Shown: piece after piece, positions 56,932-64,000 of the stretch
Layout of the letters: each line of letters starts with the position of its first letter
Position numbering within the stretch: position 1 is the stretch's first letter
NCBI GenBank assembly: GCA_937921685.1
Contig: CAKZUF010000020.1
Coordinates: 52 to 64,051 of the forward strand
DNA length: 64,000 nt
Reading direction: 5' to 3'
Source: an uncultured archaeon
Lineage (GTDB): Archaea > Thermoproteota > Nitrososphaeria_A > Caldarchaeales > Calditenuaceae
Notes under the pieces: generated by a model
The model's database searches: none
Seen by the model: only the letters and a program-made list of their open reading frames with translations
What the model was told of the DNA's origin: nothing
Position numbers and translations under genes: made by a program

Positions 56932-58707
56932 GTGAACCGTTTGGCGAGACTCTCTGGCGGAGAGATACTGGTCGAGTGTCTCCTGAAGGAGGGTGTGGAG
57001 TATGTATTCGGAATTCCCGGAGACAGGTGTATTCCCTTCTACGACGCGATCTACAGGATAGGTACCAAGCGTGGAATGAAATTTGTGATGACTCGACATG
57101 AACAGGCCGCGGCACACATGGCAGATGCCTACTACCGTGTCACTGGAAAAGTAGCGGTTTGTACCGGGACTGTCGGTCCGGGGGCGGCGGACATGGTGCC
57201 TGGTGTCTACGCCGCGTTCGCCGATAGCATACCGATGGTCATAATCTCTGCACAGAACCAGAGCTTCAGAATCTATCCCGAGCACGGGAGTATGCAGTCG
57301 CTTGACCAGCACGGCCTTTTCAAGCCAATCACTAAGTGGAGCGCCGTTATAAATCACATTTCTAGGATTCCCGAACTGGTTCAAAGGGCTTTTAGAACGG
57401 CGTTGTCCGGTAGGCCGGGGCCTGTCCACCTAGACGTCCCATCTGATGTCGTATTCAGCGAGATGGAGATTGAGCCTGAGAAGAGCATCCACCCGCCTCA
57501 CATGTACAGGCCTACCCACAGGATCCAAGCTGACACTGCCCTAGTCAAGGAGGCCGCGGTGATGCTAGCCCACGCCAAGCTTCCGCTGATACACGCGGGG
57601 GCTGGAGTGCTTAGGAGTGGAGCATCTGAGGAGATTAAGGTTCTGGCTGAGCTTCTGAAAGCTCCTGTCGTGACGAGCCTCTCAGGTAGAGGTGCGGTCC
57701 CTGAGGATTCAGAGTACTGCCTGATTCCTGGTAGCCCGGGAGCGCTTGCTGCACAGTCGATGGCGGACGTCGTGCTGCATGTTGGAGGCAAGCTGGGGGA
57801 CACAGATATGTGGGGGCGCTCACCCCCCTGGGGAGAGATTGGGGTTCAAAGGTGGATACAGATAGACATCGACCCCGAGATGATTGGGTTGAATAGGGCG
57901 GTTGACCTCGCGCTCGTCGGAGACGCAAAGGCTGTACTCCGCCAGCTAATTGAGGAGCTCCGGGCTATGCGTATCGAGCCTGTGAGAGACCTGTCGGAGC
58001 TTAGGAAGCTGACCGAGGAGTGGGAGAGGGGCTTCCTCGAGATTGCACTAAAGAGCTCCCATCCGATACACCCGCTCAGGGTCGTCTACGAGGCTAGGAG
58101 ATTCTTCCCCCGCGACGCTATCAGTGTGGTGGACGGAGGAAACACAGCAGTCTGGGCACACTACCTCAACAGGATCTACGAGCCCAACACCTTCCTATGG
58201 GCTGCAGACTCAGGCCACCTCGGCTCAGGCCTCCCATACGCCATCGCAGCAAAAATCGCTAAGCCAGAGAGATCCGTCTACCTTTTAACCGGAGACGGCG
58301 CATTCATGCTCAATGTACAAGAGCTCGAGACCGCCGCGAGGCTCAAAGCCGAGATAGTCGCAATAGTCTTCAACGATGCTCAGTGGGGAATGATAAAGGG
58401 TGCCCAGAAACTATACTTCGGCTCCAGATACATCGGTGTAGACTTTACGGATGTGCGGCACGACCTTGTCGCCGAGGCTATGGGCTGCATGGGCATACGA
58501 GTCGAGAGGGCGGAGGACCTTAGAGGGGCGCTTGAGGAGGCTGCGACGGCCGGGAGACCGGCTGTCGTAGACGTGAAGGTTGACAGCGAGGCAAACCTAA
58601 CCCCACCGGACCTCGAGACCCTTGCTGCCATATGGCTGGAGGGCTGCGAGCCGCCTGAGAGGGAGTATAAAGAGGAGATAGAGGTACCGACGCAGACCCA
58701 GCGCTAA
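56932..58707 (+). CDS. Thiamine-pyrophosphate-dependent enzyme of the acetolactate synthase large-subunit family
   Basis: TPP motif 'LLTGDGAFMLNVQELETA' and an N-terminal Pyr domain 'FGIPGDRCIPFYDA'. Confidence 0.8.
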   Translation: MNRLARLSGGEILVECLLKEGVEYVFGIPGDRCIPFYDAIYRIGTKRGMKFVMTRHEQAAAHMADAYYRVTGKVAVCTGTVGPGAADMVPGVYAAFADSIPMVIISAQNQSFRIYPEHGSMQSLDQHGLFKPITKWSAVINHISRIPELVQRAFRTALSGRPGPVHLDVPSDVVFSEMEIEPEKSIHPPHMYRPTHRIQADTALVKEAAVMLAHAKLPLIHAGAGVLRSGASEEIKVLAELLKAPVVTSLSGRGAVPEDSEYCLIPGSPGALAAQSMADVVLHVGGKLGDTDMWGRSPPWGEIGVQRWIQIDIDPEMIGLNRAVDLALVGDAKAVLRQLIEELRAMRIEPVRDLSELRKLTEEWERGFLEIALKSSHPIHPLRVVYEARRFFPRDAISVVDGGNTAVWAHYLNRIYEPNTFLWAADSGHLGSGLPYAIAAKIAKPERSVYLLTGDGAFMLNVQELETAARLKAEIVAIVFNDAQWGMIKGAQKLYFGSRYIGVDFTDVRHDLVAEAMGCMGIRVERAEDLRGALEEAATAGRPAVVDVKVDSEANLTPPDLETLAAIWLEGCEPPEREYKEEIEVPTQTQR

Positions 58708-59744
58708 TACTTTACAAGAACCTTCAAGGCCTTCTTCTTCTCAAAGAGCTCAAAGCCCTTGGGAACATCCTCCAAGCCGACCCTATGTGATATTATCTTG
58801 CTCGGGTCAATCCTTCCGCTCGCTATGAGCCTGGTTAGCCTCTCTCCGCATCTTATCGGGTTGCCGATGGAGAAAACGACCCTCTTCTCAGTCAGCCACA
58901 GCCCCCCCACTGGAATATTATAATCTTGGAGATGGAAGCCGACGACCGAGACTGTCCCCTTCTTCCTCACCATATCGATAGCCGTGCGTAGCGGTTCCAC
59001 AGTCCTTCCAACAGCTTCTACAACGATGTCAGCCCCCCGCCCATCAGTCATATTCCGAACCTCCTCAGCAGGGTCCACCTCCGATGCATTGATCGTGGTG
59101 AATCCGAGAGACTTAGCCGCGTCCAGCCTCTCCTCCACCATGTCGATAGCTATCACCTGAGAGGCTCCGAAAGCGGCTGCACACATGCCGCTCAACAATC
59201 CGATAGGACCACATCCCAGAACGGCCACTATGTCGCCATGTTCCATGCCGGCGTTGACAATTGCGTCGTGACCTGTTGGCAGTGCGTCACTCACCATAAC
59301 TAGCTTCTCGTCAGGGACACCTTCTGGAGCCTTAATCATCACGGTGTCGGCGTATGGAACCCTGACAAGCTCTGCGAAAGCACCGTCAAGACTCTCACCA
59401 TAGACAGGGCCCATTCCAAAGATGTTCGTATTCTCACACTGGGTATGCAATTGTCTGCGGCAGAACCAGCAAGTCCCATCAGCAATCCAGGCAGATACTA
59501 TTACCCTGTCACCCTCTCTGAAGCGCTTGACACCCCTGCCGACCCTCTCCACCACACCCATAAACTCATGCCCTAAAACCCCTCCAGGCACAACCGTCAG
59601 AGCTCCAGTGTAGACGTGTAAATCCGTTCCGCAGATAGCCGCTGCCGTAGGCCTTACCAATGCGTCTTCATCCTGCCTGATGGCTGGCTCAGGCGCCTCC
59701 TCAACCCTCAGGTCGAAGGGGCCATACCACTTAACTGCCCGCAT
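58704..59744 (-). CDS. Zinc-dependent alcohol dehydrogenase (MDR family)
   Basis: 'GHEFMGVV' Zn ligands and 'VLGCGPIGL' Rossmann motif. Confidence 0.85.
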   Translation of the reverse strand: MRAVKWYGPFDLRVEEAPEPAIRQDEDALVRPTAAAICGTDLHVYTGALTVVPGGVLGHEFMGVVERVGRGVKRFREGDRVIVSAWIADGTCWFCRRQLHTQCENTNIFGMGPVYGESLDGAFAELVRVPYADTVMIKAPEGVPDEKLVMVSDALPTGHDAIVNAGMEHGDIVAVLGCGPIGLLSGMCAAAFGASQVIAIDMVEERLDAAKSLGFTTINASEVDPAEEVRNMTDGRGADIVVEAVGRTVEPLRTAIDMVRKKGTVSVVGFHLQDYNIPVGGLWLTEKRVVFSIGNPIRCGERLTRLIASGRIDPSKIISHRVGLEDVPKGFELFEKKKALKVLVKY

Positions 59745-59753
59745 AGAGACACC

Positions 59754-60188
59754 TCAAGCCAGGAACTCGGTAGGCACCTTCTTGATAGCGTTGACGAAGG
59801 CGGAGGAGGCCGCCGCATTAGAGAGGAGCTTGGCTACATTACCCTTAACCTTCAGCTGTCCAGTCATCACCGCCACCGTGGGACTCAGCTTGCCTAATGC
59901 TACTTTTTTCATGACATCATAAGAGCCCATAATCACAATGGGGGCCTCCTTCTCCTCGGCCCTCGACAATATCTCAAAACCGCGACACTTCCCGTGGTAG
60001 AGGTCAAGCCAAACAGCAACCTGCTCCGCCTTAAAGTGCTCTTTAACCGGCGGCGGGAGGCTAGTTATCGCAAGGATAATAGGGTCCTCCCAACCCCTCG
60101 CAGCAGACTCATACTCCTTATCACTGTTCAATATGTTTACAAAAGCCTGAACCCACTCTCTAGAACCAAAAATATAACGCTCACTCAC
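59754..60188 (-). CDS. SCP2 sterol-carrier-like domain protein
   Basis: 144 aa. The composition and position beside lipid-metabolism genes support this call weakly. Confidence 0.45.
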   Translation of the reverse strand: MSERYIFGSREWVQAFVNILNSDKEYESAARGWEDPIILAITSLPPPVKEHFKAEQVAVWLDLYHGKCRGFEILSRAEEKEAPIVIMGSYDVMKKVALGKLSPTVAVMTGQLKVKGNVAKLLSNAAASSAFVNAIKKVPTEFLA

Positions 60189-60411
60189 ATAATGAGAGGT
60201 GAAGTTGCTTACATATAAGTCTTAAATATAAAACAGATATCTTAGCAACAAAGCGGCTAGACCACACTTGCCCACCGTCTTGAAAATGTGCCACAAACTA
60301 TAGATTGAGAGTCGCAGGTTTTTGAAAGTGGGCGTGCAAACTGGATGACGGTAACGTAATCGTCGCCCTCATGTATAAGTCAGAGCCTTAGGAAGAATAC
60401 CTGGAGGAGCC

Positions 60412-60957
60412 TTGCATCCTGGGTTGGATCTATTGTTCTCGTCTTTGCCCCAGCCTACCGCTTTTATAGCTTTTGCCCTGTTGGTCGTGGTTTCTCTAGC
60501 TCTGATCTTCATTGGTAGGAAGATGGCGAAGACTTTAGTATTCGTGGCAGGCGGATTGGTAGTTGCCCTTATCACTGCAGCACTTCTCTACCCTTATTTA
60601 GGCGGTCCACTGACCCTAATTGCGGCAATATTGGGCTTCGTCTTAGGAGGGTTGTTAGCAATCTTCATGCTCAGGCTCGGTATTGGGGTTGCCCTCGGCA
60701 TACTGGGATACACTCTGGGATTGAGTCTAGGGGCACCCATGGCTCTCGGCATAGTTGTAGGCATGATTCTATTCATTATAGGCCTGTTACTCTCCGACCA
60801 GATCCTAGCCTTCACAACAGTCCTCTTGGGAAGCCTCATCCTCATACAAACATTCAACATCCTCGGCATACCCCTACTCATCACCACCACCTTAACAGCC
60901 GTTATAGCAGCCCTAGGGCTTTATACACAGTTGCGGAGGGGTAAGACGCAGATCTAA
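60412..60957 (+). CDS. Hypothetical integral membrane protein (5-6 TM)
   Basis: Very hydrophobic, G/L/I-rich. The start could be the ATG at 60523. Confidence 0.5.
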   Translation: MHPGLDLLFSSLPQPTAFIAFALLVVVSLALIFIGRKMAKTLVFVAGGLVVALITAALLYPYLGGPLTLIAAILGFVLGGLLAIFMLRLGIGVALGILGYTLGLSLGAPMALGIVVGMILFIIGLLLSDQILAFTTVLLGSLILIQTFNILGIPLLITTTLTAVIAALGLYTQLRRGKTQI

Positions 60958-60991
60958 TCTTGATGCCCTTAAGTTGTGATTTCTCTAGCTC

Positions 60992-61351
60992 TTAGTAGGT
61001 TGTTGTCTTTTGACTCAACGCTGGTCTCTCCACTAAATACTCCTTTAAGATCCGCTTTACTGCGCGTCGCAATCTAACGGAAAGTGCCCGGGGTGAGAGG
61101 CCAAGCTCCTTAGCCAGCCTATGAGAGTCAGTCCCCCTAGGAGTGTCAAAGTAGCCCTCCCTCAGAGCAGTCATGAGTAGTGCTTCCTGCTTTGCAGTCA
61201 AGACCCCGCGAGCCTCATGTATATTGACCACGCCCTCTATGCGGAATTCGATGCCCTCACTTGATAGTGCGTTCAAGAGTTGGGAGAAGTATTTAGGAAT
61301 TGCTGAGAGACCTCCATGCACTAGCAGCCACAATCCTAATTTGGCTGACAA
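60992..61351 (-). CDS. HTH_10 (bacterio-opsin-activator-type) DNA-binding domain protein
   Basis: C-terminal 'GYFDTPRGTDSHRLAKELGLSPRALSVRLRRAVKRIL'. It may be the C-terminal part of a longer, frameshifted gene (see findings). Confidence 0.5.
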   Translation of the reverse strand: MSAKLGLWLLVHGGLSAIPKYFSQLLNALSSEGIEFRIEGVVNIHEARGVLTAKQEALLMTALREGYFDTPRGTDSHRLAKELGLSPRALSVRLRRAVKRILKEYLVERPALSQKTTTY

Positions 61352-61731
61352 TGGTGGTGGTCTACGAACTCCTAGTCATGGGCTCCGCGATAATGGCTGG
61401 GCTGCGCATGACAGAAATCACAGCCCTGCTGCTGGCCAACCCTGTGGAAAGCGCCCGAATCCTAATGATACACTCACTAGACCCTACCCTGCTGGTCCTA
61501 GGGCCGACGGGGATATATTTGGCAAGGAGCCTCGGCCCACTGATACCTGTCTTATGCATAGGAAGCCTCGTCGCGTTGGCCTTTTTATCTCTCGCCTTTG
61601 CTAAAAAATCTTCGCACAACAAGACCTCTAATAGCCCCCTGAACGCTATACTACTAGCGTGGGATGGTCCCATGTATGCTGATAGGCCTACAAGAAAACG
61701 CCTTGTGCTGGACACCATACTCATGCCATAA
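61300..61731 (+). CDS. Hypothetical membrane protein (alternative to the minus-strand ORF 61362..61736)
   Basis: Two clear hydrophobic helices. It overlaps the HTH gene by 52 nt. The coding-strand assignment is uncertain. Confidence 0.3.
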   Translation: MLRDLHALAATILIWLTMVVVYELLVMGSAIMAGLRMTEITALLLANPVESARILMIHSLDPTLLVLGPTGIYLARSLGPLIPVLCIGSLVALAFLSLAFAKKSSHNKTSNSPLNAILLAWDGPMYADRPTRKRLVLDTILMP

Positions 61732-61824
61732 TACACACCACGACAGGATGCAATCGCTTCTATAGCTGGATAACTATAGAGTTATGTTATGGAGGTCAAT
61801 TGTCCAAGAATTGCTGAGAGATCA

Positions 61825-63012
61825 TTATTCTACTATACGCGCATCCATTAACTCTCTTATTTCTTCATCCGTGAAGCCAAGCTCTTTAAGGATCTCATAT
61901 GTGTGCTGGCCTCTAATTGGTGGTGGTGCTCTGACTCTGCCAGGCGTCTCGGATAGCTTAAAAGGTGTTCCAAGCATCTTGATGAGACCTGCCTCTTGAT
62001 GCTCTATTTCGACCACCATCCCACGGTATCTTACATGCTCATTATTTAATGCCTGTCCAACAGTTAGGACAGGGGCAGCTGGTACTCCAGCTTTCTCCAA
62101 TACTTCCAGCCAGAAGCTTGTAGGCTTAGATCTAAACATCCTGCTTAACTCCTCTACAAGTTCTTCTCGATTGACTACTCTGTCCGCGTTTGTTCTGAAT
62201 TTTGGGTTGTCAAGGAAGTCAGTTCTCTCCACAGCCCTGCAGAATTTCTCCCATAACTTCTCGCTTCCAACCGTAATCACGATGTATCCATCACTGGTCT
62301 CGAATGCTTGATATGGCACGATATTTGGATGTGCCGAGCCCATTCTCTTTGGCTCCTCACCCGTTGCGAAATAGTTGAATGCTTGATGGCTTAGCAATAG
62401 GATCTGGACATCTAGTATGGCCATGTCTATGTATTGACCTTTACCAGTCTTCTCTCTCCAATAGAGTGCTGAGAGTATTGAGATGACTGCGAACAATGCT
62501 GTGGTTAAATCTGCTATCGGCACCCCGAACTTTACCGGAGGCCTATTAGCCTCGCCCGTAATACTCATAAGTCCGCTCATCGCCAGAGCTACCAAATCGT
62601 ATCCAGGCCTATCGCGATATGGACCGCTCTGCCCGAACCCAGATATGCTGCAATATATTATGCGGGGGTTTATTCTCGAAAGCTTGTCATAGCTTATGCC
62701 TAGCTCCTCTGCCACTCCGGGCCTAAAGTTTTCTAAAACCACATCTGCCCTCTTAACAAGCCTCTCTACTACCTCCCTACTCCTGGGATTCTTCAAGTCG
62801 ATGATTATGCTTCTCTTGTTTCTATTAGTGCTCATGAAGTATGCGGAATCCCTACCTATCCATGGCGGCCCCCAGCTCCTGGTATCATCTCCTCCAGGAG
62901 GTTCAATCTTGATAACATCCGCGCCAAGATCTCCTAAAAGCATTGTTGCAAATGGGCCAGCCATAACTCTTGTAAAGTCTAATACTTTAACATCTTCGAG
63001 GGGAAGAGCCAC
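61825..63012 (-). CDS. Family III CoA-transferase (CaiB/BaiF/Frc type)
   Basis: N-terminal 'LEDVKVLDFTRVMAGPFATMLLGDLGADVIKIEPP' and catalytic Asp region 'AMSGLMSITG'. Confidence 0.85.
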   Translation of the reverse strand: MALPLEDVKVLDFTRVMAGPFATMLLGDLGADVIKIEPPGGDDTRSWGPPWIGRDSAYFMSTNRNKRSIIIDLKNPRSREVVERLVKRADVVLENFRPGVAEELGISYDKLSRINPRIIYCSISGFGQSGPYRDRPGYDLVALAMSGLMSITGEANRPPVKFGVPIADLTTALFAVISILSALYWREKTGKGQYIDMAILDVQILLLSHQAFNYFATGEEPKRMGSAHPNIVPYQAFETSDGYIVITVGSEKLWEKFCRAVERTDFLDNPKFRTNADRVVNREELVEELSRMFRSKPTSFWLEVLEKAGVPAAPVLTVGQALNNEHVRYRGMVVEIEHQEAGLIKMLGTPFKLSETPGRVRAPPPIRGQHTYEILKELGFTDEEIRELMDARIVE

Positions 63013-63405
63013 AATATAATCCTCTTGGAGAATATCTATTTAAGCCTCTTCGTTGAGCAACTATCCCACTAAGTATCGGTACAGGCCCCTCAACTCGGCT
63101 ATAGACCATCCATTACTCCCCTTTTTCACTAAATCATTCTCAAAGCATTCCTGTACAAACTATAGCCCATCCTTCGGGACCATACTTGCTGCATGACACT
63201 TATAAAGAAGAATGTATACTATATCCATATCAAAGCGGGGACAGCTGAGATTCTACCGGCCAATAGGGTTCACGATTCTAAGAAAGCAGCGGCAACTCGA
63301 AGACTATCTCAGAAGACGCGGACTACTAGACACGCCATCCAACCAAACCCTCCCTCAATCCTCTCCCCCACCACTAACTTCTTATTATTACAATGATTAA
63401 AAATG

Positions 63406-63479
63406 CGGGCCCGGAGGGATTTGAACCCTCGGCCTACGGGTTAAAAGCCCGTCGCTCTTCCTGCCTGAGCTACGGGCCC
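63406..63479 (-). tRNA. tRNA-Lys(UUU), 74 nt, no intron, no encoded CCA
   Basis: Acceptor GGGCCCG/CGGGCCC, anticodon loop CUUUUAA, T-loop UUCAAAU. A TTAAAT box lies at -27..-32 (63506..63511). Confidence 0.9.
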
Positions 63480-63621
63480 ACATGTATTGGTATGGTTTTC
63501 CGTGGATTTAACGTTATGTATTTGCGGTAGTTGCATGTCAGCTTTGCTTCTTTTCCGAGCCTGTCGTGGGGTTTCATGGGTGGTCTTTTATATGGTGGTT
63601 TTTGTTTCTCTGCATGGATGG

Positions 63622-64000
63622 TTGGTGAAGGTCCCGCTGACTCCTCCCCGGGGAATGGATGACATCCTTCCTGAGGAGATTCCCCTGCATAGGAGGCTAG
63701 TGGAGACAGTGAGGCTTCTCTTCCGGCTCTACGGGTACAGGGAGGTTGAGACCCCGCCGGTCGAGTATTATGAGCTCTTCGCCGTCAAGTCTGGTGAGGA
63801 GATTCTCAGCCACATGTATGTCTTCGAGGATGCACACGGCCGCAGGCTCGCCCTCAGACCGGAGATGACCGCCCCGATAGCGCGTCTGGTGGCGGGTAAG
63901 CTGAGTAGGAGCCCGCAGCCCATAAGGCTGGGATACGTTGCGGATTGCTATAGGCTGGATGAGCCCCAGTGGGGTAGGAGGCGGAGGTTTTATCACGGCG
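63622..64000 (+). CDS. hisS: Histidyl-tRNA synthetase, N-terminal part (continues beyond the window end)
   Basis: 'PRGMDDILPEE' matches the HisRS start ('RGMxDxLP'), and the class II motif 'LRPEMTAPIAR' is present. A TTG start is used. The opposing ORF 63697..63996 is spurious. Confidence 0.8.
   Translation, partial: MVKVPLTPPRGMDDILPEEIPLHRRLVETVRLLFRLYGYREVETPPVEYYELFAVKSGEEILSHMYVFEDAHGRRLALRPEMTAPIARLVAGKLSRSPQPIRLGYVADCYRLDEPQWGRRRRFYHG

Noticed and set aside
63697-63996. 99-aa minus-strand ORF at the window end
   Set aside because: The opposite strand encodes an unmistakable HisRS N-terminus (RGMDDILPEE...RPEMTAPIAR) running off the window, so the minus ORF is an antisense artefact.
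1-64000. CRISPR arrays, IS elements, integrases, toxin-antitoxin pairs, and prophage or defence islands
   Set aside because: No direct-repeat/spacer arrays, transposase, integrase or recombinase-like ORFs were seen. The tRNA genes are not flanked by att-like duplicated tRNA 3' halves. The only repeated sequence of note is the 20-nt tRNA-Ser upstream element.

Overview
This 64-kb window looks like core chromosome of a GC-rich (~57%) hyperthermophilic crenarchaeon (Thermoprotei). The evidence is archaeal ribosomal-protein gene order, SD-led TTG/GTG start codons, tRNA genes without encoded CCA, and BHB-type introns. Gene density is near 90%. I found no CRISPR array, transposase, integrase or IS element. 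Contents in order: (1) a 5'-truncated OBG/DRG-type GTPase and a family-B DNA polymerase; (2) a large multi-pass membrane protein that may be a glycosyltransferase; (3) a partial spc-type ribosomal cluster (uS5-uL30-uL15-secY-DUF106-cmk-L14e) followed by cbf5, which is interrupted by a 20-nt bulge-helix-bulge mRNA intron, and tRNA-Ser(GGA); (4) a Tat-exported molybdoenzyme operon (TorD-like chaperone, 4x[4Fe-4S] subunit, an unusually long 1237-aa molybdopterin catalytic subunit with a C-terminal TM anchor, and a di-haem cytochrome b anchor); (5) an intron-containing tRNA-Gly(GCC) between two ABC transporter systems; (6) a minus-strand block of less-characterised genes (GT1 glycosyltransferase, AMMECR1, Mut7-C RNase, CBS/Zn-ribbon protein, a protein with tandem Cys/His repeats, NFACT/RqcH ribosome-quality-control homolog, and a protein disulfide oxidoreductase); (7) atpI and a WbpB/E/D-like amino-sugar nucleotide cluster, then pdxT; (8) the conserved archaeal S24e / L39e-L31e-eIF6-PfdA-FtsY block; (9) archaeal-type PEP carboxylase and a second tRNA-Ser; (10) hypF plus divergent hypDCE; (11) a complete beta-oxidation/ETF island with an acetolactate-synthase-like TPP enzyme, ADH and a family III CoA-transferase; (12) tRNA-Lys and the 5' end of hisS. 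The most notable signals are the cbf5 mRNA intron, the non-canonical tRNA-Gly intron, duplicated tRNA-Ser promoter/cbf5-tail sequence, the atypical molybdoenzyme, and several unexplained non-coding gaps.
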